From assembly GCA_963797565.1 (NCBI GenBank), contig CAWCPM010000008.1:96219-160218 (forward strand): a stretch of 64,000 nt of DNA, given 5' to 3'. Shown one piece after another: positions 47,295-56,842 of the stretch; the first letter of the stretch is position 1; the number at the start of each line of letters is the position of its first letter. Position numbers and translations under genes: made by a program. This DNA comes from an uncultured Actinomycetes bacterium. Lineage in GTDB: Bacteria; Actinomycetota; Thermoleophilia; Gaiellales; JAICJC01. Under the pieces are notes generated by a model that ran no database searches, was not told the origin of the DNA, and worked only from the letters and a program-made list of their open reading frames with translations.

Positions 47295-48121
47295 GCGAAG
47301 CCGTTCTATATGAGACCCGTGGCCCCGCGGCCTGGGTGACGCTGAACCGCCCCGAGAAGCTGAATGCCCTGAACGGGGCGGTGCTGGAAGGGCTGCACGC
47401 CGCGCTCGACCGGGCGGTGGCTGACGACGAGGTGAAGGTGGTGGTGGTTACAGGGTCCGGCGAGCGCGCGTTCTCGGCCGGGTACGACCTGTCTGCCGAA
47501 GCCGCCCACTCCGACATCCCGGCCCATGAGTGGCACGCGGTGCTGGCCACCGACATCGACGCAACCATGAAGCTGTGGGCGCTGCCGAAGCCCACCATCG
47601 CCGCCGTGCGCGGCTACTGCCTGGCCGGCGGCTGTGAGCTGGCGATGGCCTGCGACATGATCATCAGCACCGAGAGCGGCCGCTTCGGGGAGCCGGAGAT
47701 CCGGTACGGATCGGGGCCGGTGACGCTGTTGATGCCGTTCCTGCTGGGCCAGAAGAAGACCAACGAGCTGCTGTTCACCGGCGACATGATCGACGCCCAG
47801 ACGGCGGAGCGAGCCGGGATGATCAACCGCGTCGTGGCCGAGGAGGAGCTGGACGCGGAGGTCGAGGCACTGGTGCGCAAGATCGCGCCGACGCCGCTGC
47901 CGGTACTGCGCCTGACCAAGATCGCGCTGGTGCGGGCGTACGAGGCGATGGGGCTGCGGGAGGCGGTCAACACGAATCTCGATCTATCGTCCATGCTGAA
48001 CGCGGCCGACGCGCCGGAGCAGCGAGAGTTCATGCAGATCGTCCAGTCGAGTGGGCTGAAGGCCGCGCTCGCCTGGCGTGACAACCGCTATGGAGAGGTA
48101 CTAGGGGGTGTGAAGTCGTGA
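47291..48121 (+). CDS. Enoyl-CoA hydratase/isomerase (crotonase) family
   Basis: WVTLNRPEKLNAL...VVVVTGSGERAFSAGYDL...GYCLAGGCELAMACD. The start has an ATGA overlap with the upstream gene. Confidence 0.9.
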   Translation: MSEAVLYETRGPAAWVTLNRPEKLNALNGAVLEGLHAALDRAVADDEVKVVVVTGSGERAFSAGYDLSAEAAHSDIPAHEWHAVLATDIDATMKLWALPKPTIAAVRGYCLAGGCELAMACDMIISTESGRFGEPEIRYGSGPVTLLMPFLLGQKKTNELLFTGDMIDAQTAERAGMINRVVAEEELDAEVEALVRKIAPTPLPVLRLTKIALVRAYEAMGLREAVNTNLDLSSMLNAADAPEQREFMQIVQSSGLKAALAWRDNRYGEVLGGVKS

Positions 48122-49488
48122 GCGCAACAAGCACTATTGATCCCGCCCGGCTGGCCAGCGTGATCGAGGCCGAGGAGGCCACGTTCAACGAGCGGCACAA
48201 GCATTCGCGTGAGATGACCGAGCGGGCCCGCCGGTCGCTGGCCGGGGGCGTCGCCTCCAGCTGGCAGGACACCGAGCCGCATCCGATCTACCTGGCCGAG
48301 GGGCACGGGTCGAAGGTGATCGACGTCGACGGCAACGAGTACGTCGACTTCCACAACGGCTACGGCGCGATGGCCGTCGGCCATGCACATCCGCGCATCG
48401 CCGAGGTCGTCTCCGAGCGCGTCCGCCTGGGCACGCACTTCGCGCAGCCGACCGAGGACTCGATCGCCGTCGCGGAGCACCTGCAGAAGCGCTTCGGCCT
48501 GCCGTTGTGGCGGTTCGGCAACTCCGGCACCGAGTCGACGCTCGACGCCGTGCGGCTGGCGCGTGCCTACACCGGACGCGACATCCTGTTCAAGATCGAG
48601 GGCTCCTACCACGGGCACCACGACGCGCTGATGGTGTCGGTGGCGCCGCCGGCCGACAAGATCGGCCCCTACGACGATCCCGTGTCGGTGCCGCAGACCC
48701 TGGGCCTGCCGGCCGACTACGTGAAGCTGACCAGGGTGGTGCCGTTCAACGACCTGGAGGCGCTCGAGCGCACGCTCAACCGCTACAAGGGCCAGGTGGC
48801 CGGCATGATCGTGGAGCCGGCGATGATGAACGCCGGGTTCGTGCTGCCCGAGGAGGGTTACCTGCAGGGGGTAAAGGACCTGCTGCACGAGCACGGCGCG
48901 CTGCTGGTGTTCGACGAGGTCAAGACCGGTGCCACGCTCTCCTACGGCGGCGCCGTCGAGGCCTTCGGCGTCACGCCCGACCTGCTGTGCCTGGCCAAGT
49001 CGGTCGGCGGCGGGCTGCCCTGTGGGGCGATCGGCGGCACCGACGAGGTGATGGGCTGGATCGCGGACGGCAAGATCGACCAGGTCGGCACGTTCAACGG
49101 GAACCCGCTGACCATGGCCGCGATGAACGCGACGCTGACCGAGATCCTGGTGCCGGACGCCTACACCGAGTTCTCGCGTCTGAGCGAGATCCTGCGCGAG
49201 GGGTGCGACGGCGTGATCGCGAGCAACGGGCTGGCCGGCTACACGACCGTGCTGGGTGCCCGCGGCGCCGTCACCTACCGGGCCGAGCGCGTCCGCAACT
49301 ACCGTGACTACCTCGAGGTGTCCGACCAGCTCGCGTACGTGAACTGGCTGGCGCAGTTCAACCGCGGCGTGTTCATGGCGCCGTGGGGCAAGTCCGAGAA
49401 CTGGACGCTGACGGTGCAGCACAGCGAGGAAGACGTGCGGCGCTACGTCGACAACTTCGAGTATCTCGGGAAGGCGCTGTCCGCATGA
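48118..49488 (+). CDS. Class-III PLP aminotransferase (glutamate-1-semialdehyde aminomutase-like subgroup)
   Basis: DFHNGYGAMAVGHAHP, FGNSGTEST, LVFDEVKTG and LAKSVGGGLP (PLP-Lys) are present. The start has a GTGA overlap with the upstream gene. Confidence 0.85.
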   Translation: MSATSTIDPARLASVIEAEEATFNERHKHSREMTERARRSLAGGVASSWQDTEPHPIYLAEGHGSKVIDVDGNEYVDFHNGYGAMAVGHAHPRIAEVVSERVRLGTHFAQPTEDSIAVAEHLQKRFGLPLWRFGNSGTESTLDAVRLARAYTGRDILFKIEGSYHGHHDALMVSVAPPADKIGPYDDPVSVPQTLGLPADYVKLTRVVPFNDLEALERTLNRYKGQVAGMIVEPAMMNAGFVLPEEGYLQGVKDLLHEHGALLVFDEVKTGATLSYGGAVEAFGVTPDLLCLAKSVGGGLPCGAIGGTDEVMGWIADGKIDQVGTFNGNPLTMAAMNATLTEILVPDAYTEFSRLSEILREGCDGVIASNGLAGYTTVLGARGAVTYRAERVRNYRDYLEVSDQLAYVNWLAQFNRGVFMAPWGKSENWTLTVQHSEEDVRRYVDNFEYLGKALSA

Positions 49489-50543
49489 AGGCGGTCGTCT
49501 TCGAGGAGCACGGCGGCACCGAGGTGCTGAGCTACACCGACATCCCCGAGCCGGAGCCCGGGCCCTACGAGGTGTTGATCGAGGTGAAGGCGGCCGGCGC
49601 CAACTTCAACGACATCTGGGCCCGGCGGGGGATGCCGGGGATGAAGGTGATCTTCCCGCACGTCTCCGGATCGGACGTGTCGGGTGTGGTGGCCGCGCTC
49701 GGCTCGGAGGTCACGGGCACCGGCTTCGGCTCCTCGTCGCTGCAGGTCGGCGACGAGGTGGTCGTGCACCCCGGCCTCTCCTGCCGCACCTGTGACTTCT
49801 GCGTCACCGGGCAGGAGTTCTTCTGCCGCCAGTTCCGCATCTGGGGCTTCCAGAGCGGGCCCAACGACGGCGGTCACTCCGAGTACGTGACGATGCCGGC
49901 GGTGAACGTGCTGCCCAAGCCCGCCAACCTCAGCCACGAGGAGGCGGCATCGATGCCGCTGGTGCTGGAGACGGCCTGGCGGATGCTGGTCAGCCGGGCC
50001 AAGGTGCAGCCCGGCGAGCACGTGCTGATCTGGGGCGGCGTGGGCGGCCTCGGCACCATGGCCATCCAGATCTGCCGGATGTTCGGCGCCAACCCGATCC
50101 CGGTGGTGGGCGGCCCGCAGAAGGTGGCCAAGGCCGAGCAGCTGGGTGCGGTCAACGTGATCGACCGCTCCAGCCAGGACGTGCTGGCCGAGGTCAAGGC
50201 GATCACCGGCAAGGCCGGGGTGGACATCGTGTTCGAGCACTCGGGCCAGGAGACCTGGCCGACCTCGGTGGCCGCGCTGCGCTGGGGCGGGCGCGTGGTC
50301 GTGTGCGGCGCGTCGACCGGTTTCGAGGCCGTCACCGATCTGCGCTTCCTGTGGAACAAGCAGCAGAACCTGCTCGGCTCGCACCTGTCCAACAAGGCCG
50401 AGCTGTCGGCGGCGCTGCGGGCGGTCGAGGCGGGCGCGATCAAGCCGGTGATCGATCGTGTACTGCCGCTGTCCGACGTGGCCTCGGGGCAGCAGCTGAT
50501 GGAGGACCTGCAGGTGCAGGGGAAGGTTGTCTATGTGCCGTAG
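49485..50543 (+). CDS. Zinc-type MDR oxidoreductase (enoyl/acryloyl-CoA-reductase or quinone-oxidoreductase-like)
   Basis: Internal Met of track ORF 49383..: MKAVVFEEHGGTEVLSYTDIPEPEPGPYEVLIEVKAAGANFND. The Rossmann motif is IWGGVGGLG. The start has an ATGA overlap with the upstream gene. Confidence 0.8.
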   Translation: MKAVVFEEHGGTEVLSYTDIPEPEPGPYEVLIEVKAAGANFNDIWARRGMPGMKVIFPHVSGSDVSGVVAALGSEVTGTGFGSSSLQVGDEVVVHPGLSCRTCDFCVTGQEFFCRQFRIWGFQSGPNDGGHSEYVTMPAVNVLPKPANLSHEEAASMPLVLETAWRMLVSRAKVQPGEHVLIWGGVGGLGTMAIQICRMFGANPIPVVGGPQKVAKAEQLGAVNVIDRSSQDVLAEVKAITGKAGVDIVFEHSGQETWPTSVAALRWGGRVVVCGASTGFEAVTDLRFLWNKQQNLLGSHLSNKAELSAALRAVEAGAIKPVIDRVLPLSDVASGQQLMEDLQVQGKVVYVP

Positions 50544-50597
50544 GCGCAAGGCGCGATAGCCGCCGGCGGCGGCGAACGCGAAGCATCTGAGGACGCG

Positions 50598-51404
50598 ATG
50601 ACGAACAACCTGAACCTCGCCGTCGTGGGACACGTCGAGTGGGTCACCCACACCGACGCGCCGTTCATCCCGCCGGCCGGCGAGATCGTGCACCTGACCG
50701 ACCCGCTCATCCAGCCGGCCGGCGGCGGAGCGGTGACGGCGGCTGCGCTCGTCCGGATGGGCGCGGGCGTGCAGTTCTTTACGGCCGCCGGCGGCGACGT
50801 GCCGGTGGCCGAGGCGATGGAGGAGCTGGGGGTGCGGACGTACGCGGCGCCGCGGCCCGGCCGGCACACGCGTACGCTGGTGATGCGGGACCCGAGCGGC
50901 GAGCGCACGATCTGCGTGATCGGCGCGAACCTGCATCCCGCCGCCGCGGATCCGCTGCCCTGGGCCTCGCTGGCGGACTGCGACGGCGTCTACTTCACGG
51001 GCTCCGATCCGGCCACTCTGCGCCTGGCCAGGCAGGCCCGGGTGCTGGTGGTGACGGCGCGCCGGTTCGACGTGCTGGCCTCAAGCGGGGTGCAGGCCGA
51101 CGTGCTGGTCGGCAGCGCCAACGACCGCGGGGAACAGTACGACCTGGGGCTCCTGGACGTTCAGCCGCGCCACGTGATCGTGACCGACGGCGAGCGCGGA
51201 GGCACCGGCTATCGGGCCGTGCCGCCGCCGGCTCCGCGGGTCGACAGCTACGGCGCCGGTGACACGTTCGTGGCCGGGCTGCTGTTCGGATTGGCGGACG
51301 GCCGGCCGCTCGCGGAGGCGCTGGCGCTGGCGGCCGAGCAAGCCGCCGAGGCGGTCACCTGGCGTGGTGCATATCCCTCGCAGGGCCACCGAGTGAGTTG
51401 GTAG
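50598..51404 (+). CDS. PfkB-family (ribokinase-like) sugar/nucleoside kinase
   Basis: 268 aa. AGGGAVTAAA is near the N-terminus. The C-terminal DSYGAGDTFVAGLL is PfkB signature 2. Confidence 0.7.
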   Translation: MTNNLNLAVVGHVEWVTHTDAPFIPPAGEIVHLTDPLIQPAGGGAVTAAALVRMGAGVQFFTAAGGDVPVAEAMEELGVRTYAAPRPGRHTRTLVMRDPSGERTICVIGANLHPAAADPLPWASLADCDGVYFTGSDPATLRLARQARVLVVTARRFDVLASSGVQADVLVGSANDRGEQYDLGLLDVQPRHVIVTDGERGGTGYRAVPPPAPRVDSYGAGDTFVAGLLFGLADGRPLAEALALAAEQAAEAVTWRGAYPSQGHRVSW

Positions 51405-51829
51405 GCTTCGCCTCCGTGAGACGCCCTCTGGCAATGCTGGTAACCGCCGCCGTGCTGGGCGCCGCGGGACTCACCGCGTCCGGCTGTGGCGTCCAGAGCG
51501 GCGTCGCCGGGTCAGGGGAAGCCGATCTGGCGAACGGCAAGAAGCTGTTCATCACCACCTGCGGCGGCTGCCACACGCTGGCCGACGCCGGCACCAAGGG
51601 CACGATCGGCCCCAACCTGGACCAGGCATACATGGAGCCGCGCGCCGAGGGCTTCGAGGACTCGTCGTTCGAGGCGCTGGTGCGCGAGCAGATCATGCTG
51701 GGCTTTCCCTTCGCGCACCCCACACCGATGCCCGCGAACCTGCTCAAGGGCCAGGACGCCCAGGACGTCGCCGCCTACGTGGCCTCGGTGGCAGCGGTTC
51801 CCCTGCCGCCGGGCGCGAGCACCCAGTAG
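51398..51829 (+). CDS. Class-I c-type cytochrome lipoprotein
   Basis: Lipobox LTASGC, and a heme-binding CGGCH within ANGKKLFITTCGGCHTL. Confidence 0.75.
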   Translation: MVGFASVRRPLAMLVTAAVLGAAGLTASGCGVQSGVAGSGEADLANGKKLFITTCGGCHTLADAGTKGTIGPNLDQAYMEPRAEGFEDSSFEALVREQIMLGFPFAHPTPMPANLLKGQDAQDVAAYVASVAAVPLPPGASTQ

Positions 51830-51833
51830 CGTC

Positions 51834-52043
51834 ATGGTCACCGAGACGATCGCGGTGGCGGGCATGAGCTGCGGCGGCTGCGAGCAACGCGTGCACGACG
51901 CCGTGATGGCGCTGCCCGGGGTGGTATCGGTGACGGCCGAGCACATCGGCGACGAGGTCGAGGTCATGTTCGACCCGGCCCGTCTAGATGTGAAGGCGAT
52001 CCGCGGCGCGATCGCCGCCGCCGGCTATCGCCCGTCGCCGTGA
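51834..52043 (+). CDS. Heavy-metal-associated (CopZ-like) metallochaperone
   Basis: 69 aa, the C-terminal part of track ORF 51486..52043. MVTETIAVAGMSCGGCEQRV carries the MxCxxC motif in a ferredoxin-like pattern. Confidence 0.8.
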   Translation: MVTETIAVAGMSCGGCEQRVHDAVMALPGVVSVTAEHIGDEVEVMFDPARLDVKAIRGAIAAAGYRPSP

Positions 52044-52196
52044 CCGGGGCAACCATGGGAGCGAGGCGCAGGCGGTATGTACTGCCTTTACAAATACCTA
52101 ACCGAAACGGCGATCTTTCCTGACAACACGCATGGAGAATCGCCTCCGGACGCTGCGATCGAACGTGCCCACACCTCGCAGCTACCTGCCTCCTCC

Positions 52197-52227
52197 GACG
52201 GCCCGCTCTGCGGGTCGTCGGTCTTTT
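52197..52227 (+). terminator. Intrinsic-terminator-like hairpin with U-tract in the copZ-sucC spacer
   Basis: GACGGCCCGC-tct-GCGGGTCGTC (10 bp including one G-U pair) is followed by GGTCTTTT. It lies 154 nt after the copZ-like stop and about 70 nt before the sucC GTG. Confidence 0.45.
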
Positions 52228-52298
52228 AGGTGGTAGGGCGCCGAGCGGACGCTGGATAGACTCAAAGCTCTTCGTGACATCGACCGAGGCGGGGGCGC

Positions 52299-53465
52299 GT
52301 GGATCTACTCGAGTACCAGGGCAAGCAGCTGTTCGCGCGGTTCGGGCTGCCCGTCTCCGAGGGTGCGCCGGCGGCGACCGCCGACGAGGCGCGGGCCGTG
52401 GCCGAGCAGCTCGGCGGACCGGTCGTGGTGAAGGCCCAGGTGCTGGTGGGTGGGCGCGGCAAGGCCGGCGGCATCAAGCTGGCGGCCGACCCGGCCGAGG
52501 CCGAGCAGCACGCCGCCGCGATCCTGGGAATGGACATCCGCGGCCACACCGTGCGGCAGCTCTGGATCGAGCGCGCCTCCGACATCGCCAGCGAGTACTA
52601 CTTCTCGATCACCTTCGACCGCGGCGCCAAGCAGCCGTTGCTGATGCTGACAACAGAGGGCGGTGTCGAGATCGAGACGGTGGCTGAGGAGTCGCCCGAG
52701 AAGCTTGCGCGCCTGCACGTCGACCCGCTCATGGGCCTGCAGCCGTTCCACGTTCGCCGCCTCTGCTTCGCCGCCGCCATCCCCGCCGCCGAGGTGAAGC
52801 AGGTGGGCGCGATCATCGAGGGCGCCTATCGCGCCTTCATCGAGACCGACGCCATGCTGGTCGAGATCAACCCGCTGATCGTCACCCCGGATGGGGTGGT
52901 GCGCGCACTCGACTCGAAGTACACGGTCGACGACAACGCGCTCTACCGCCATCCCGACATCGCCGGCATGCGCGACGTCGAGGAGGGCGACCCGCAGGAG
53001 CGGCTGGCCCGCGAGCGCGGCGTCAACTTCGTGAAGCTCGACGGCGGCGACATCGGCACGCTCGCCAACGGCGCCGGGCTGGCCATGTCCACGCTGGACG
53101 TGGTGGCCGCCGCGGGCGAGGCCGCCGGCCATCGCCCCGCCAACTTCCTGGACGTGGGCGGCGGCGCCGATGCGGAGGCGATCGCCACCGCGATGGAGGT
53201 GCTGCTGTCCGACCCCAACGTGCGGGCGGTGCTGTTCAACGTGTTCGGCGGCATCACCCGCGGCGACGAGGTCGCCCACGGCATCCTGACCGCGCTCGAG
53301 CGGCTGGGCGCCACGCTGCCGATCGTGGTGCGGCTGGACGGCACCAACGCCGACGAGGGCCGCCGCATCCTGGCCGACGCCGCGCCGCCCAACCTCCACG
53401 TGGAGGCGACGATGCTGGGGGCGGCCGCACGCGTGGTCGAGCTGGTCGAGGGGAGCGCCGCCTGA
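52299..53465 (+). CDS. sucC: Succinyl-CoA synthetase beta subunit
   Basis: MDLLEYQGKQLFARFGLPV is followed by an ATP-grasp domain. 388 aa. Confidence 0.95.
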   Translation: MDLLEYQGKQLFARFGLPVSEGAPAATADEARAVAEQLGGPVVVKAQVLVGGRGKAGGIKLAADPAEAEQHAAAILGMDIRGHTVRQLWIERASDIASEYYFSITFDRGAKQPLLMLTTEGGVEIETVAEESPEKLARLHVDPLMGLQPFHVRRLCFAAAIPAAEVKQVGAIIEGAYRAFIETDAMLVEINPLIVTPDGVVRALDSKYTVDDNALYRHPDIAGMRDVEEGDPQERLARERGVNFVKLDGGDIGTLANGAGLAMSTLDVVAAAGEAAGHRPANFLDVGGGADAEAIATAMEVLLSDPNVRAVLFNVFGGITRGDEVAHGILTALERLGATLPIVVRLDGTNADEGRRILADAAPPNLHVEATMLGAAARVVELVEGSAA

Positions 53466-54334
53466 TGCCGATCATCGTGACAGCCGAGACGCGTCTGGTG
53501 GTGCAGGGCATCACCGGCCGTGAGGGCAGCTTCCACGCGCTGCGAAACCGCGATTACGGCACCGCCGTGGTGGCCGGCGTGACGCCGGGCAAGGGCGGCC
53601 AGGACGTGGACGGCGTGCCCGTCTACGACACCGTCGCCGAGGCGGTCGCCGAGCGGGATGCGAACACCGCGATGGTGTTCGTGCCGCCGCGGTTCGCGGC
53701 CGACGCGATCTACGAGGCCGTGGATGCGGGCTGCGGCACCATCATCTGCATCACCGAGGGCATCCCCGCCCACGACATGCTGCGGGTCTACAACTACATC
53801 CGCCCGCGCGGGGTGACCATGCTCGGGCCCAACTGCCCCGGTGCGCTGTCGCCCGGGATCGCCAACGTCGGGATCATCCCGGCTCAGGTGTTTGCGGCCG
53901 GCCGAGTGGGGTTGGTGTCACGGTCAGGCACGCTCACGTACCAGATCGGCAAGGAGCTGGCCGACCTGGGCCTGGGCAACTCGACCATCGTCGGGATCGG
54001 CGGCGACCCGATCGTGGGCAGCTCCTTCATCGACATCCTGGAGCGGTTCGAGGCCGACCCCGGCACCGACCTGATCGTGATGGTGGGCGAGATCGGCGGC
54101 GACGAGGAGGAGAAGGCCGGCGCCTACATCGACCAGCATGTCAGCAAGCCCGTGGTGGCATACATCGCCGGTTTCCAGGCGCCCGCCGGCAAGACCATGG
54201 GCCACGCCGGCGCCATCATCTCGGGCTCGTCCGGCACGGCCGCCGGCAAGCAGGAGGCGCTGCAGGCGCGCGGCATCCCGGTCGGCGACAGCCCCACCGC
54301 GGCCGCCCGGCTGGCGGCGGAGCGGCTGGGCTGA
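53465..54334 (+). CDS. sucD: Succinyl-CoA synthetase alpha subunit
   Basis: [22 protein letters not shown] and the GHAGAIISG phospho-His loop are present. Confidence 0.95.
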   Translation: MPIIVTAETRLVVQGITGREGSFHALRNRDYGTAVVAGVTPGKGGQDVDGVPVYDTVAEAVAERDANTAMVFVPPRFAADAIYEAVDAGCGTIICITEGIPAHDMLRVYNYIRPRGVTMLGPNCPGALSPGIANVGIIPAQVFAAGRVGLVSRSGTLTYQIGKELADLGLGNSTIVGIGGDPIVGSSFIDILERFEADPGTDLIVMVGEIGGDEEEKAGAYIDQHVSKPVVAYIAGFQAPAGKTMGHAGAIISGSSGTAAGKQEALQARGIPVGDSPTAAARLAAERLG

Positions 54335-54365
54335 GAGTGCCCGACATGGACGATACGATGCAGCC

Positions 54366-55460
54366 ATGACCGCCATCCCCTTCACCCGCGGCGTCCCGTC
54401 GGCCGACATGCTGCCGGTGTCCGACCTGGAGCAGGCGGCGGTCACGGCGCTGCGCGAGGACGGAGCGCGCGCACTGGCCTACTCGCCCGGTGGATACATG
54501 CCGCTGCGCGAGTGGATCGGCGAGCGCCACCGCGTCGATCCGGCGCGGGTGCTGCTGGTGAACGGCTCGCTGCAGGGAGTCGCCTTCCTGGCGCAGCACC
54601 TGTTCCTGGGCCGCGGCGGCGTCGCGATCACCGAGGACCCCACCTACGACCGCACCCTGATCTCGCTGCGCACGTTCGGCGCCGAGCTGGTCGCCGTCCC
54701 TGTGACTCCGGCCGGCGTCGACGTGGACGCGCTCGAGCAGACGCTGGCGCAGCGGCAGGCGCGGATGCTGTACCTGATCCCCACCTTCCAGAACCCCTCC
54801 GGCGTGTCGCTGCCGGAAGAGGGCCGGCGCCGTGTGGTCGAGCTGGCCCGCCGGCACGAGGTGCTGGTGGTCGAGGACGATCCCTACGGCCTGCTGCGGT
54901 TCGAGGGTGAGCCGGCGCCGACCCTCCACGAGCTGGACGGCGGCGACAACGTCGTCTACTCCTGCTCGTTCACCAAGACGGTGGCGCCGGGGATCCGCAC
55001 CGGCTACCTGGTGCTGCCCGAGCAGATGGCGGGAGCGATGGCGCGTCTGTCGGAGAACACCCTGATCGCGCCCAACACGTTCGCAGAGGCGGCGCTGGCG
55101 GCGTACTGCCGGGCCGGCAAGTTCGAGCCCAACGTCGAACGGGCGACGGCCACCCTCAAGCAGCGGCGGGACGCGATGGAGGCGGCGCTACGTGAGCACT
55201 TCCCCGCGGGCGCCCGCTGGACGACGCCCGAGGGCGGCTACTTCTACTGGGTCGACCTGCCCGAGCAGATCGACACCGCCGAGCTGCTGCCGCAGGCCAC
55301 CGAGCGCGGCGTGCCCTACATCAGCGGGAAGGAGTTCAGCCCCCGCGGCCGCTCCTCGCTACGCCTGGCCTTCAGCGCCGTCACGCCCGAGCAGATCAGC
55401 GAGGGCGTTGCCCGGCTGGGCGCGCTCTTCAGCGAAGCTCTGACGCCCGCGGGCGTCTAG
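54366..55460 (+). CDS. PLP-dependent aminotransferase, class I/II (2-aminoadipate/aromatic aminotransferase-like)
   Basis: 364 aa from the internal Met of track ORF 54138..: MTAIPFTRGVPSADMLP...YLIPTFQNPSG...SFTKTVAPGIRTGYLV (PLP-Lys region). Confidence 0.8.
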   Translation: MTAIPFTRGVPSADMLPVSDLEQAAVTALREDGARALAYSPGGYMPLREWIGERHRVDPARVLLVNGSLQGVAFLAQHLFLGRGGVAITEDPTYDRTLISLRTFGAELVAVPVTPAGVDVDALEQTLAQRQARMLYLIPTFQNPSGVSLPEEGRRRVVELARRHEVLVVEDDPYGLLRFEGEPAPTLHELDGGDNVVYSCSFTKTVAPGIRTGYLVLPEQMAGAMARLSENTLIAPNTFAEAALAAYCRAGKFEPNVERATATLKQRRDAMEAALREHFPAGARWTTPEGGYFYWVDLPEQIDTAELLPQATERGVPYISGKEFSPRGRSSLRLAFSAVTPEQISEGVARLGALFSEALTPAGV

Positions 55461-55474
55461 CACCTCGAGATCGG

Positions 55475-55693
55475 TCAGGCGGCGCCGGCTGCGGCGACGC
55501 GCGGTCCCGCCATCCAGACGGGTGCCTGCAGCGCGGGGAGTGGCTCGACCAGGCGCGCCTGTGGAGGCGCCACCATCTCGCCTCTGACGGCCGGCCGGAA
55601 GGTCGGACACGGTTCGCTCAGATCCAGTGCGCACAGGCTTGTCTTGCGAAAAAAGCAATCGTTGCAGGTGACGCGTCGCGCCTTCTGTACCAC
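55475..55693 (-). CDS. Small hypothetical 4-Cys protein
   Basis: 72 aa. The N-terminal RRVTCNDCFFRKTSLCALDLSEPCPTFRP has the spacing C-x2-C-x7-C-x7-C. The C-terminal half is Pro/Ala-rich. Coding status rests on ORF and motif only. Confidence 0.4.
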   Translation of the reverse strand: MVQKARRVTCNDCFFRKTSLCALDLSEPCPTFRPAVRGEMVAPPQARLVEPLPALQAPVWMAGPRVAAAGAA

Positions 55694-55820
55694 GTGGAGA
55701 CCTTCCTGTTTGATGAGACCGACCGTGCCGAGGGCGCAGTGTACGCAATCGCCCCCCTTCCGATCCAGCGTTGTCTAGCGAGAAATGGCGCTGTTTGCGG
55801 CAGATCGGTTCACCGGTTCG

Positions 55821-56842
55821 TCACCGTGGCGGCAACCCGCGGATGACCGACAGCGCCTGGTCGAAACTGGTCACGGCGATCACGTGGATTCGGCCGTGCG
55901 AGGTGCGCCGCGCATCCTTGAAATTATCGCCGGCCGGGACCAGGAAGGTGTCGGCGCCGGCGTTGATGGCGCCGATCGTCTTCTGGTTGACGCCGCCGAT
56001 CTCGTGCACGCCGCCGGCCAGGTCGAGCTCGCCGGTGACCGCGATCTTGTGGCCGCGCAGCAGGTGGCGGCCGCTCAGCGAGTCGTAGATCTCGAGCGCG
56101 AACGCCAGCCCGGCCGACGGCCCGCCGATCGAGCCGGTCGAGAAGCTGACCGGTATCGGGATGTGGCCGACGTGCACGGCGTCGCCGATCGAAACGCCGA
56201 TCAGCGCGCGGGGCGGGTGGTCATTGCTGGCGATGGTGGTGAGCGTGACGTTCCCGGCCTGCTTCAGCGTCAGATGCACGGACTGCCCCGGCTTGACCGG
56301 ATGCATGGCCGTGATCAGATCCCCCGCCGTGTGCACCGGGCGACCGTTGGCTGCGGTCACGATGTCGCCCGGCTTGAGGCCGCCCTTGGCGGCCGGAGAA
56401 CCCGCCTCGACGGCCAGCAGCTGCGCGCCCAGCTTCTCGATCGGGACGTGTTTGCCCAGCGCGCGCTCCGCCACCACCTGCGCGGTCTGCTGTGAGTTGG
56501 TCATCGCCCGCGCGTCCTCGGTGATGTGCTGCTGGTCGGACTGCCCGGCGCCAGCACCTCGTTGTCGGGCACCAGCTGGGCGCCCTCGACGAGGTGCTCC
56601 GCCCACAGCTTCTGGATCAGGTTGGCCTGCAGCTCGTTGACGTCGACGAAGTAGAAGCCCGATCCGTCGGCCGGCGGCTTGCCGCCCGGTGCGTGGACGA
56701 CGTTTGCGGCCGGGTGGGCGTTGTCGGGCAGGAGCGCGAAGTAGCCGGACTGGGTCGTCCAGCCGTAGACACCCACCGCCAGCACGATGAAGAAGGCCGC
56801 CGCGCCAACCAGCGACCAGCGCACACGACGCAGCAGCTTCAT
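55821..56842 (-). pseudogene. PDZ + Lon-like (S16) serine protease, YlbL/SdrC-type, needs one frame correction near 56543
   Basis: The N-terminal TM part (MKLLRRVRWSLVGAAAFFIVLAV...VPDNEVLAPG) lies in the frame of ORF 56501..57376. The sequence continues QSDQQHITEDARAM... in ORF 55821..56606. A PDZ domain (GLKPGDIVTAANG) and the Lon catalytic motifs GGPSAGLAF and GGVNQK are present. Confidence 0.75.
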
